From an uncultured Sandaracinaceae bacterium (lineage in GTDB: Bacteria > Myxococcota_A > Polyangia > Polyangiales > Houyiibacteriaceae), in NCBI GenBank assembly GCA_964495565.1, contig CAZBWQ010000001.1, positions 52,166 through 116,165 on the forward strand: 64,000 nt of DNA, written 5' to 3'. Numbering within the stretch: position 1 is the stretch's first letter; every line of letters begins with the position of its first letter. This document shows positions 10,465-19,185 of this stretch, piece by piece. Under the pieces are notes generated by a model, which saw nothing but the letters and a program-made list of their open reading frames with translations, searched no databases and was not told the DNA's origin. The position numbers and the translations under genes are program-made.

Positions 10465-10567
10465 CTTCGCCGAGCGGGGTGGCGCAGCATATTGGGCCTG
10501 GACCCAAGCTGCCAACCGCCTGCTCGCCGCTTTGTGGGCCAGTTGAAAACGAAATCCACTTGTGACG

Positions 10568-10577
10568 ATTGATCAAT
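10568..10577. promoter_or_regulatory. perfect 10-bp palindrome ATTGATCAAT in a divergent promoter region
   Basis: Read directly. It sits in an AT-rich patch within otherwise GC-rich DNA, 13 nt upstream of the sigma-54-like element. Confidence 0.35.
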
Positions 10578-10589
10578 AATTTTGGCAAG

Positions 10590-10606
10590 TGGCGTAACTT
10601 TTGCAT
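10590..10606 (+). promoter_or_regulatory. candidate sigma-54 (-24/-12) promoter TGGCGT-AACTT-TTGCAT
   Basis: It matches TGGCAC-N5-TTGCW with the invariant GG and GC at the correct spacing. It lies just upstream of the CDP-alcohol phosphatidyltransferase gene. Confidence 0.4.
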
Positions 10607-10618
10607 ATCTGCTGCCCC

Positions 10619-11608
10619 ATGCGGCAGCCGATGCCAGTTCTTCCTCCGCTCGAGAGCGTGCTGAAGTCCAACGACGTCGAGGATCCCGTCAATCGATGGG
10701 TCCATCGCACGCTCGCCTATCTATTCGTGCGGTCGACGTTCAAGACACCCATCACCCCGAACATGATTACCTTTTCCGCGATCATCCTCGGGCTCATCTC
10801 CGGCGTGGCGATGATTTGGGGAACGCCGCACGCGATGGTGGTGGGCGGCCTCTGCCTGTGGGCCGCTGCGATTCTCGATGGCGCCGACGGAATTTTGGCG
10901 CGGGCTAAGAATCTTCACTCGGAGTTCGGTCGTGCCCTCGACGGATCGGCCGATGCGCTTGTCGCAATTTTCACTGTTTTTCCGGCCTTTTACCACATCT
11001 GGGACAAGCACCAGAACCCTTACCATCTGCTGCTGATGGTGCCGGCCCTCCTGCTGACGGTCATGCACTTGGCCATTTACGACTTCTACAAGGAGTCCTA
11101 TCTCCGCGCGACCCGGGGCAAGGAGGGAAGCGAGGGCCATGACGCGGACCACATTGAACAAACCGTGGAGTCGGCCCGGACCAAGGGCCCGGTCATTCGA
11201 GCCGCGATCCGCTGGGTCCTGGTTCCGCACTTGAAGCGGCAAAAAGCAGCGATCACGCGGCTGAACCCGGATGCCTGGCGCCTCAGCCAGCAGCTCCAGG
11301 GCGACGAACGAACCGCAGCGATCTACCGCGAGGAGAACCTCGGGCCCATGCAGCTTTGGGCGATGATTTCCTTGGCGCCGCACAGCTACTTGATGGCGAT
11401 CTGCGCCATGATGGATCGCCTCGATCTTTACCTTTACATTCGAGTATTTGGCATGAACGCGATCTTCTTGATCGTCGCGATCTGGCAGCGCCATGCGACC
11501 AAGCGGACGCTCGAACGGCTGGCCGGAGGCGGCGGCCTGGAGCTGAGCGACCGGATCTATGGCGTGGCAGGTTTGCAACACCCCCGTGAACAGGGTTCAC
11601 GGGTGTGA
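10619..11608 (+). CDS. CDP-alcohol phosphatidyltransferase family protein (DIPPS/PI-synthase-like)
   Basis: The full signature D-x2-D-G-x2-A-R-x8-G-x3-D-x3-D is present in LDGADGILARAKNLHSEFGRALDGSADAL. The protein is multi-TM. The ORF opens with TTG at 10601, and the first ATG is at 10619. Confidence 0.85.
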   Translation: MRQPMPVLPPLESVLKSNDVEDPVNRWVHRTLAYLFVRSTFKTPITPNMITFSAIILGLISGVAMIWGTPHAMVVGGLCLWAAAILDGADGILARAKNLHSEFGRALDGSADALVAIFTVFPAFYHIWDKHQNPYHLLLMVPALLLTVMHLAIYDFYKESYLRATRGKEGSEGHDADHIEQTVESARTKGPVIRAAIRWVLVPHLKRQKAAITRLNPDAWRLSQQLQGDERTAAIYREENLGPMQLWAMISLAPHSYLMAICAMMDRLDLYLYIRVFGMNAIFLIVAIWQRHATKRTLERLAGGGGLELSDRIYGVAGLQHPREQGSRV

Positions 11609-11652
11609 GGTAGGCAACACAACGAACGCCTCCACCAAAAGGGTGATATCTG

Positions 11653-12465
11653 ATGCTCACGAGAAGAAAGCCGTCGCGCGCGCTCATTCTGGCAGCTGGT
11701 TTCGGCAGCCGCCTCGGCAACGGCGACGAGGCACCGAAGCCGCTGCGCGAGGTCGCCGGGGTCCCGCTCATCGTTCGGGTGATTCACGCTCTCGCAGAGC
11801 AGGACATCCATGAAATCGGCATCGTCGTCGGTCACCGCGCCGACGAGCTCGTGAGAGCCCTCGCCGAGTACGATTTCGAGCCCGAGCTCAGCTTCTTCCT
11901 CAACGAGGAATACGAGAAACCGAACGGCACCTCGGTGCTCGCTGCGCGCGATTTCATCACCGAGCCGACGCTCCTCTTGATGAGCGATCACTTGTGGTCG
12001 CCCCGGCTTTTGGAGGCCGTGGCCTCGTATCCGGTGACCGAGGGTGAGTCCGTGCTCGGTGTCGACTCTCACATCGACGCCTGTTTCGACCTCGACGACG
12101 CGACCAAAGTCAAAGTGCGCAGCGGCCGGATCGAGCAGATCGGCAAGCAAATCAGCGATTACAATGCGCTCGACACCGGGGTTTTCCTGATCACGCCGGC
12201 GCTCGTCGAAGCCCTCGACGCAGCGAACGGCCCGCAGGGCTGCTCCCTTTCGCAGGGCGTGGCCGCCCTGGCCGCCGAGGGGCGCATGAAAGCCGCCGAC
12301 GTCGACGACGCGATCTGGATTGACGTCGATACCCCGGAAGCGCACGCGGAAGCCGAGCGCCTCATCGCCGCGCTCGGGGAGGATTTGGATGGCGCCCGAC
12401 GGGAGCTCGGTATAGTAGCGGCCCAAGGAGTTCGACATGGCGCCACCGCAAATCAAGCCTGCTAG
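11653..12465 (+). CDS. NTP-transferase (MobA-like/IPCT-like cytidylyltransferase)
   Basis: The N-terminal LILAAGFGSRLG...PKPL nucleotide-binding loop is present. Its position between the CDP-alcohol transferase and MIPS supports the call. Confidence 0.75.
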   Translation: MLTRRKPSRALILAAGFGSRLGNGDEAPKPLREVAGVPLIVRVIHALAEQDIHEIGIVVGHRADELVRALAEYDFEPELSFFLNEEYEKPNGTSVLAARDFITEPTLLLMSDHLWSPRLLEAVASYPVTEGESVLGVDSHIDACFDLDDATKVKVRSGRIEQIGKQISDYNALDTGVFLITPALVEALDAANGPQGCSLSQGVAALAAEGRMKAADVDDAIWIDVDTPEAHAEAERLIAALGEDLDGARRELGIVAAQGVRHGATANQAC

Positions 12466-13750
12466 CGGCAAGCTCGGGGTCCTGCTGCCCGGAATGGGCG
12501 CAGTGGGCACCACCTTCATCGCCGGCACCCTGCTCGCGCGCAGGGGGCTGGGTCATCCCATCGGGTCGCTGACGCAGATGGGGAGACTGAGACTCGGGAA
12601 GCGAACCGAGGGTCGCTCGCCCTTGATCCGGGACTTCGTGCCGCTGGCGGGCATGGACGACATCGTGTTCGGAGGATGGGATCTGTTTCCGCAGAATGCC
12701 TACGAGGCGGCGGTCGAGGCGGACGTCCTTTCGAAAGAGCATCTCGACGCGGTCAAAGACGAGCTCTCCGCCATCAAGCCGATGGAATCCGTCTTCTTTC
12801 CGGAGTTCGTGAAGAGGCTACGGGGCGAGCACACCAAGAAGGGTGCAGACAAGATGGAGCTCGCCGAGGCCGTGCGCGAAGACATTCGCCGTTTCAAGGC
12901 AGACAACGGGCTCGAGCGTTGCGTCGCCGTCTGGTGTGGCTCGACCGAGGTCTTTCGCGAGCGGACCGACGTCCATGAGTCGATCGCGAAGTTCGAGGAA
13001 GGCTTGCGCCGGTCTGATCCCGCGATCAGCCCTTCGCAAGTCTATGCCTACGCGTGTCTGCGCGAAGAAGTCGGCTTCGCCAACGGTGCTCCGCACTTGA
13101 CGGTCGGCGGCGTTCCCGCGCTTCTCGAGCTTTCGCACGAGACCCAGACTCCGGTCTCCGGAAAAGACTTCAAGACGGGTCAGACCTTGATGAAGACGAT
13201 CCTCGCACCAGGCCTTCGAGCACGCGTGCTGGGCATCCGAGGTTGGTTCTCCACCAACATCTTGGGGAACCGGGACGGCGAGGTGCTCGACGATCCGGAG
13301 AGCTTCAAGTCGAAAGAGGTGAGCAAGCTCGGCGTTCTCGAGACGATCTTGCAGCCGCAGCTCGAGCCCGAGCTCTACGGAAACCTGTATCACCAGGTGC
13401 GAATCAACTACTACCCGCCGCGCGGCGACCAGAAAGAGGGCTGGGACAACATCGACATCTTCGGTTGGCTCGGCTACCCGATGCAGATCAAGATCGACTT
13501 TCTGTGCCGTGATTCGATTCTGGCCGCACCACTGGTGCTCGATCTGGCCCTGTTCACCGACCTTTCCCACCGCGCCGGCCTGAGCGGCATTCAGGAGTGG
13601 CTCTCGTTCTATTACAAGAGCCCGATCACGCCAGAAGGGCTCTACCCGGAAAACAACCTCTTCGTCCAACTCGGGAAGCTCAAAAACACCCTTCGCTGGA
13701 TGCAAGGTGAGGAGCTCATCACCCACCTCGGGCGGGAATACTACGACTGA
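12437..13750 (+). CDS. ino1: myo-inositol-1-phosphate (inositol-3-phosphate) synthase
   Basis: AAGGAG lies 6 nt upstream of the ATG at 12437. The 437-aa protein has an N-terminal Rossmann-like GVLLPGMGAVGTT and overall resembles the archaeal/bacterial-type MIPS. Confidence 0.85.
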   Translation: MAPPQIKPASGKLGVLLPGMGAVGTTFIAGTLLARRGLGHPIGSLTQMGRLRLGKRTEGRSPLIRDFVPLAGMDDIVFGGWDLFPQNAYEAAVEADVLSKEHLDAVKDELSAIKPMESVFFPEFVKRLRGEHTKKGADKMELAEAVREDIRRFKADNGLERCVAVWCGSTEVFRERTDVHESIAKFEEGLRRSDPAISPSQVYAYACLREEVGFANGAPHLTVGGVPALLELSHETQTPVSGKDFKTGQTLMKTILAPGLRARVLGIRGWFSTNILGNRDGEVLDDPESFKSKEVSKLGVLETILQPQLEPELYGNLYHQVRINYYPPRGDQKEGWDNIDIFGWLGYPMQIKIDFLCRDSILAAPLVLDLALFTDLSHRAGLSGIQEWLSFYYKSPITPEGLYPENNLFVQLGKLKNTLRWMQGEELITHLGREYYD

Positions 13751-13767
13751 CGAGGATCGGGCCGCGC

Positions 13768-14268
13768 CTATTCCGACATCGGGCTCTTCCGCATTCGGTA
13801 GTCGTCCATGACGAAGCCGCTGCCGATGTCGGTGACGATCGATTCCTCGATGCAAAAGCCGGCGCGACGATAGAAGTCGATCGCGCTGCGATTGTGCTTG
13901 TTGACCGTCAGCCAGAGCTCGCCTAGCTCGAGCGCATGGCAGCGTTCCTCGGTGAACGCGAGCATTGCCTTCCCGTGCCCTCGGCCTCGGTCCGCGCGCC
14001 GCAGGTAGAGCTTGCTCAGTTGCATGGTGCCTTCTCGCCGATGGGGAACGAGCGCGAAGTATCCGATCGGCTCGCCCTCTTCGACGAGCAGGTAGTACTC
14101 GTAGCCGAGCTCGCCGATCTGGTGTGCGATGGCCGGGGCACTCTGCAGCTTCGCCAGCATGTAATCGACCTGTGCCGCTCCGATGATCGGCGTGAAGTGC
14201 TCGCGCCAGATTTCGGTCGCGAGGGATGCGACGGCGCGAATCTCCTCCGAGGTGTCGACTGGCTCCAT
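13768..14268 (-). CDS. GNAT family N-acetyltransferase
   Basis: The acetyl-CoA binding segment RRADRGRGHGKAML (Q/R-x-x-G-x-G/A) is present. The internal ATG at 14268 (MEPVDTSEE) is preferred over the Arg-rich extension. Confidence 0.75.
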   Translation of the reverse strand: MEPVDTSEEIRAVASLATEIWREHFTPIIGAAQVDYMLAKLQSAPAIAHQIGELGYEYYLLVEEGEPIGYFALVPHRREGTMQLSKLYLRRADRGRGHGKAMLAFTEERCHALELGELWLTVNKHNRSAIDFYRRAGFCIEESIVTDIGSGFVMDDYRMRKSPMSE

Positions 14269-14291
14269 CACGGCAAAAGAGCTTCGATGGG

Positions 14292-15368
14292 TCAGCCCGA
14301 TCGCTTGACGGGCCTCGGTGGCGTTTTCTCGTCTACGCCGTGATCGGCGAGCCAAGCGCTGAGTGGAGCAGGAAGCTCGGCCGGCCGGTCGCCCCAGTCG
14401 TAGACGACGGCGGTTTTCGCAGCCAGATCATGGAGCGTGCGCTGATCGCGGTCGAACACGATTCCCAGCAGACCGGCGACCGTGACGATGCTGACCGGCA
14501 TCATCAGCACGCGAATGGCCGCATGGCCGGGGCTGATGGGCCGTCCGTCGTTCGAGACGACTTTGATGCCCACGATGCCCATGCCCAACGTCTTGCCTGC
14601 GATCGCCACGCCGAGCCAGAAGTAGAGAAACAACCAGAGGGAAAACGTCGACAAGCCGACGATTCCGGCTTGCCAGTCCCACTCGAGCTGTACACCGAAA
14701 ACGTCGTTGATGGCGCTCACGATTGCGCCGGCGAGGAGGCCAAAGCCCGTCGACGCGACGAACGTGTCGATCAAATACGCGACGAGCCGCGAGATCGGCC
14801 CCGCATAGAAGCCGCTGATCACCGCTCGCAGAGGACGAGATGGCGCTTCCGGCTCGGCTGCGGCGGGTTCCGGCACGAGCCCAGGCGGTCCCTTGGGCTG
14901 CGTGTCCGGATCACGTCCCAAGAGACGATCGACGAACCGGATGATGAGGGTGTCGAGCCCCACGGCTTGGCGGCGCAGCACGTCGAGAGTCGACCCCGCG
15001 AACTCGGTGGTACCCCGAGCCACCATCTCGCCGACCTTGGCCCTCGCGGTGATCGCCTCGATGTCGACTCGCTGTACCACGGCGTTGACGTCGACACGGG
15101 CCACCAGTGCGTCGACGTCGACTCGTGTCAACAAGCGGTCTACGTCGACGCCGTCCAGAAGCCGGTTTACGTCGACGCGATCGAGCAAGCGGTCGACGTC
15201 GACTCGGTCGAGGAGTCGATCGATGATGACGCGGTCGAGGAGCTCGTTGAGCTCGACCCGGTCGAGGAGATCGTTGATGTCGACCTGATCGAGCAACCCG
15301 TTCACGTCGACGCGATCCAACATCGCGTTGATCAATCTGGCGCGTGGCTCTCTGCTCGAGTCGCTCAT
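14292..15368 (-). CDS. RDD-family membrane protein with N-terminal nonapeptide-repeat domain
   Basis: The C-terminal part has 3 TM segments and an RDD-like region (RLVAYLIDTFV...RDQRTLHDLAAKT). Start taken at ATG 15368 (MSDSSREPRA). Confidence 0.75.
   Translation of the reverse strand: MSDSSREPRARLINAMLDRVDVNGLLDQVDINDLLDRVELNELLDRVIIDRLLDRVDVDRLLDRVDVNRLLDGVDVDRLLTRVDVDALVARVDVNAVVQRVDIEAITARAKVGEMVARGTTEFAGSTLDVLRRQAVGLDTLIIRFVDRLLGRDPDTQPKGPPGLVPEPAAAEPEAPSRPLRAVISGFYAGPISRLVAYLIDTFVASTGFGLLAGAIVSAINDVFGVQLEWDWQAGIVGLSTFSLWLFLYFWLGVAIAGKTLGMGIVGIKVVSNDGRPISPGHAAIRVLMMPVSIVTVAGLLGIVFDRDQRTLHDLAAKTAVVYDWGDRPAELPAPLSAWLADHGVDEKTPPRPVKRSG
15054..15323 (-). repeat. ten tandem 27-bp coding repeats (consensus LLDRVDVNx)
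   Basis: The units are MLDRVDVNG, LLDQVDIND, LLDRVELNE, LLDRVIIDR, LLDRVDVDR, LLDRVDVNR, LLDGVDVDR, LLTRVDVDA, LVARVDVNA and VVQRVDIEA. An 11th degenerate unit follows. Confidence 0.9.
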
Positions 15369-15511
15369 CGCTCTCAAGGTAGTCTGAAAGACAGGTGCCT
15401 GTACACCGTGGATTGGGAGCGTTTCGGCATTTGGTTGGCTCTCGCACCTCTGGCGATTTCCGTGCAGTCTCGCTAGAGTTTCCGCCCAGTCTTCTGGCAA
15501 AGGATGGGCTC

Positions 15512-16369
15512 GTGAAGCGACCGACAGCATTCGTCACCGGCGCGGCGACCGGGATCGGAAAAGGATTGGTCGAAAAGCTCGATCGAGAAGGATGGCGTGT
15601 TTTCGCCGGTTACAATCGAACCTCGCCGGACGCCCTGATTGGAGCGTGCGGCCCCGAGATGACGCCGTTGCGCTGCACGATCAGCGATCCGCAAAGCGTC
15701 GAAGAGGCGACAGGCCTCATCGGAGAGAAGCTCGGCGGCGAGCCTCTCGACCTGCTCGTCAACAACGCGGCCACCACGCGCGGAGCCGGGGGCGCCATGG
15801 AAAACGTCGACCTCGACGACTTTCATCATCTATTCGAAGTGAACTTTTGGGGAGCGCTTCGGGTGACGCAGGCGCTGCTTCCGCTCGTTCGAAAGAGCGA
15901 GGACCCGCGCATCATCATCGTCGGATCGCCTTCGCAATACCTCACGATTCCGCTCGGGGCCCAGTATCCGATCAGCAAGGTCGCGCTGGCGAAGATGACC
16001 GAAGCGCTTCGGATCGAGCTCAAGCCGTTCGGCATCCAGGTCACGTCCCTCGAGCCAAACGGGGTCAAGACCCCGATGACCGAGTTCACCGAAGAGGAAA
16101 GGGCGACGCTCTGGGCTACCTTCCCTGCAGGCCTGCTTGGCGACTACCAAAAGCACTTCAAATACCCCGGTGACGTGCTCAGCGCCTCCTTTTCGTTTTG
16201 GTCCCCAGAGAGGTTCGCCGACGAGGTCTTCCACAAGGTGATTGGCGCCAAGAAGATGAAGCCGCGCTATGTCATCGGCCCCAATGCCTGGATCTTGCCA
16301 ACTTTGAATCGGTGGGCGTCGAAACGCGCGCAGGAAGCTCTCTTCGAAAAGATGTTCCGACGATCATGA
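15512..16369 (+). CDS. SDR-family oxidoreductase
   Basis: GTG at 15512 gives VKRPTAFVTGAATGIGKGL, the TGxxxGxG motif. The NNAA motif and the catalytic Y-x3-K (YPISKVAL) are present. Confidence 0.85.
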   Translation: MKRPTAFVTGAATGIGKGLVEKLDREGWRVFAGYNRTSPDALIGACGPEMTPLRCTISDPQSVEEATGLIGEKLGGEPLDLLVNNAATTRGAGGAMENVDLDDFHHLFEVNFWGALRVTQALLPLVRKSEDPRIIIVGSPSQYLTIPLGAQYPISKVALAKMTEALRIELKPFGIQVTSLEPNGVKTPMTEFTEEERATLWATFPAGLLGDYQKHFKYPGDVLSASFSFWSPERFADEVFHKVIGAKKMKPRYVIGPNAWILPTLNRWASKRAQEALFEKMFRRS

Positions 16370-17631
16370 ATGCATTGGACCTCCAACCGACCCGGATTGC
16401 CGACTGGGACGATCCACGGGTCCCGCTGCCCCTTTCGGTCTTCAATGCGCTGGCGGAATGGCCGACCCGCAGATGGGTCGGTCTCGAGGTGGACGCATTG
16501 TTGGACGAGGCGAGCAAGCGCACGGGACTGCACGACTTCGGGGATGACTCCTTCTTGGAGCCGCTCGGCGTGCTGGTCGACGCGCTGCGCACCGAAGCCC
16601 CGCTGTCTGCTTTCGGGCGGCTCGTTTCTCGGCATTTCCTCGTCCAGATGCTCGTCGGTCGGCTTCGGCTCGAAGCACTCTACCGGCAGCATCCCGAGAT
16701 CGAGGACGAGCAAATCGAGCGTCCCATCATCGTGGCGGGGCTTCCGAGGACCGGGACCACCCACCTGTTCAATCTTCTGTCGCGCGATGCCAACCTTCGG
16801 TGGATTCCCTACTGGGAAAGCCTCGAGCCCTTCCCGGACCCCGCGGAGCGGACCGGAAAAAGCGGGCAGGACCCGCGCATTGCCCGCGGTGCCAAGACGC
16901 TGAGGTTTTTGGAGTGGATCATGCCGCTCTTCAACGCCATGCACGAGTTCACCGTCGAGGGGCCGCACGAAGAGATTCAGCTCCTCGCGATGGACTTCAC
17001 GAGCGTGCTCTTCGAGAGCAGTTGGCACATTCCGAGCTATGGAGCTTGGTATCGCGGGGCCGACAGGGCTCCCGCGTATCGTTTCCTCAAACGGTCCCTC
17101 AAGGCTCTTCAGTTCTCGAGTCCGAAAGAACGCTGGCTCCTCAAGACGCCGGAGCATTTGATGAATCTACCCGTGCTCGCGCGAGAGTTTCCAGATGCCA
17201 CGTTCGTGCAGACCCACCGCGACCCAGTCCGGATCACCGCTTCGCTGACCGTCATGATCGCGTATGGCTCGCGCATGCAGCAGCGTGGTGCCGACGTGCG
17301 AGAGATCGCTCGCTACTGGTCTGCCCGAACCGAGGACTTCCTGCGCGCCAGCGTCGAAGACCGTGATGCGCTGCCGCCTTCTCAAGTGGTCGACGTTGGT
17401 TTCGACGACTTCATGACCGACATGAAAGGCACCGTGAAACGGGTCTTCGAGCACGCCAATCAGCCCTACACGCGCGAAACCGACGAGGCGATCGATCGGT
17501 TTCTCGCCGACAATCCGAAGGGAAAGCACGGCCTGGTCGATTACAGGCTCGAAGACTTGGGGATCGATCCCGACGAACGGCGGAAGGCGCTTTCGTTTTA
17601 CGCCGAGCGATTCCTCGCCGCTCCGGTCTGA
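16366..17631 (+). CDS. sulfotransferase family protein
   Basis: An ATGA overlap joins it to the SDR stop. A 5'-PSB-like loop is present (GLPRTGTTHLFNLLS). Length is 421 aa. Confidence 0.75.
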   Translation: MNALDLQPTRIADWDDPRVPLPLSVFNALAEWPTRRWVGLEVDALLDEASKRTGLHDFGDDSFLEPLGVLVDALRTEAPLSAFGRLVSRHFLVQMLVGRLRLEALYRQHPEIEDEQIERPIIVAGLPRTGTTHLFNLLSRDANLRWIPYWESLEPFPDPAERTGKSGQDPRIARGAKTLRFLEWIMPLFNAMHEFTVEGPHEEIQLLAMDFTSVLFESSWHIPSYGAWYRGADRAPAYRFLKRSLKALQFSSPKERWLLKTPEHLMNLPVLAREFPDATFVQTHRDPVRITASLTVMIAYGSRMQQRGADVREIARYWSARTEDFLRASVEDRDALPPSQVVDVGFDDFMTDMKGTVKRVFEHANQPYTRETDEAIDRFLADNPKGKHGLVDYRLEDLGIDPDERRKALSFYAERFLAAPV

Positions 17632-17661
17632 ACGCTCCTGCAAGCTCGAACGAGGCCCGTC

Positions 17662-19014
17662 CTAGGCGCGTGTGAGCCACCAGAGCCGCGCGCCGAGCAG
17701 CACGGCGGCGGAGGCTAGGCCCGCCAAGAGGCCCCACCAAACACCCACCGCTCCGAGCGTGCTTTCGAGCCCGAGCCACGCCGAGACTGGGAACCCGATC
17801 GCCCAATAGCTCACGGCCGTGATCAGCATGGGCACACGGACGTCCTTCAAGCCGCGAAGCGCCTGGTTGGCGGCAACCTGGGTGGCGTCGAAAAGCGCGA
17901 ACGCGGCGGCGATGGGCAGAAACGACGCGACGAGCCCGAGCACCCGGCTGGCGGACGGGTCCCGGACCTCGAGGTAGAGGTCGGCGATGCCTCGTGGCGC
18001 GATCATCACGGGCACGGCCACGAGCATGATCGCTCCGATGCAGGCGAGAATCGAGACCACCGAGGCCCTTCGAACGCCTTCGCGGTCTCCCTTGCCCGCC
18101 ATCAGGCCCACGCGCACCGCACCGGCCATCGACAAGCCGAAAGGCATCATGAATGCGATGGCCGCGACGTTCAGCGCCACCTGGTAGGCTGCCATCTCAT
18201 CGACACCGATGCGGCCCATCAGAAAGACGGCGGCATTGAACAGCATGGCTTCGAAGGCCGAGGTCAAGCTCATCGGCCAGCTCAGGTGGACGATCTCGCG
18301 CAATCGGGAAGGGGATGCTTCGAAGAAGCCCTCGAATAGATGAAAACGCCGGCTCTCGGGCTCGAGCTGGATGTAGAGCACGAGAACGAAGAAGCCGATT
18401 ACGTTCGAGAGCGAGGAGGCGACTCCCGCGCCCACGAGCTCCAATCGCGGAAAGCCCCAGTTCCCGTAGATCAAGAGCCAGTTGAGAAAGGCATTGAGTG
18501 CCGTCGTCAGGACGATGAACAACAGAGGCGCGCGCGTGCGTCCGATGGCCGCCAGAAAATTCCGAAGCGCCATGATCGCCACCATGAAGGGAAGCCCCGG
18601 CGCGAGGGCGAGCACGTAAGGCTCCGCCAGTGCCGCGGCGATGGCGGGTTGGCCGAGGGCCAGAGCGATTTCCTGGCTGAAGAAAAACACCATCGAAAGC
18701 GCGGCAACACCCAGCCCGATGGTCCAGAGCGCCATGCGCACCGATACCCGCACGTCTTCGACGTCGTCGGGGTTGGCCCCGAGGGCCTGGCTCACCATGG
18801 GCGACACGGCCATCGCCGGGCCGAACCCGAACAGAAAGACCGCGTACAGAATCACCAGGCCGAGCGAGGCGCCGGCGAGTGGGTCGGCGCCGAGCTGTCC
18901 GATCATCAGCACGTCGACCGTGCTGATCGAGAACTGGACGAGCTGCGTCAGCCCCATCGGCACCCCGATGGACAACAGCTCTCGAACCTCGCGCCGCCAA
19001 AGATGCTTCGTCAC
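17662..19014 (-). CDS. MATE family efflux transporter
   Basis: 450 aa with 12 predicted TM segments. The N-terminus (REVRELLSIGVPMGLTQLVQFSISTVDVLMIGQLG) is typical of NorM/DinF. Confidence 0.85.
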   Translation of the reverse strand: MTKHLWRREVRELLSIGVPMGLTQLVQFSISTVDVLMIGQLGADPLAGASLGLVILYAVFLFGFGPAMAVSPMVSQALGANPDDVEDVRVSVRMALWTIGLGVAALSMVFFFSQEIALALGQPAIAAALAEPYVLALAPGLPFMVAIMALRNFLAAIGRTRAPLLFIVLTTALNAFLNWLLIYGNWGFPRLELVGAGVASSLSNVIGFFVLVLYIQLEPESRRFHLFEGFFEASPSRLREIVHLSWPMSLTSAFEAMLFNAAVFLMGRIGVDEMAAYQVALNVAAIAFMMPFGLSMAGAVRVGLMAGKGDREGVRRASVVSILACIGAIMLVAVPVMIAPRGIADLYLEVRDPSASRVLGLVASFLPIAAAFALFDATQVAANQALRGLKDVRVPMLITAVSYWAIGFPVSAWLGLESTLGAVGVWWGLLAGLASAAVLLGARLWWLTRA

Positions 19015-19076
19015 GGTTCATCGTCCTCGCCGGGTCGTAGAGTGTTCGAGCCGCGATGCGGCGCAAATCACGGGGT

Positions 19077-19089
19077 CACCCTCAGGGTG
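19077..19089. promoter_or_regulatory. palindrome CACCCT-C-AGGGTG in the divergent MATE/hypothetical intergenic region
   Basis: 6-bp perfect arms around one central nucleotide, read directly. Confidence 0.3.
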
Positions 19090-19125
19090 GCGAGGTGTGT
19101 CCCCGCGGGGTCGGAGCCCAGCGGC

Positions 19126-19154
19126 TTGACAGGGTCGAGGAGTTGGGCCTTAAT
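19126..19154 (+). promoter_or_regulatory. candidate sigma-70-type promoter (TTGACA-N17-CTTAAT)
   Basis: A perfect -35 hexamer, a 17-nt spacer and a 4/6 match at -10. AGGAAGG and the ATG at 19186 follow downstream. Confidence 0.4.
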
Positions 19155-19185
19155 GAAAGTGACTTTCACTATCAGGAAGGTTCCC

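Noticed and set aside
15054-15323. Regular 27-bp periodic repeats that could be mistaken for a CRISPR or VNTR array
   Set aside because: There are no unique spacers, since the units are contiguous. The repeats are in frame within a long ORF with conserved amino-acid periodicity. They are coding tandem repeats.
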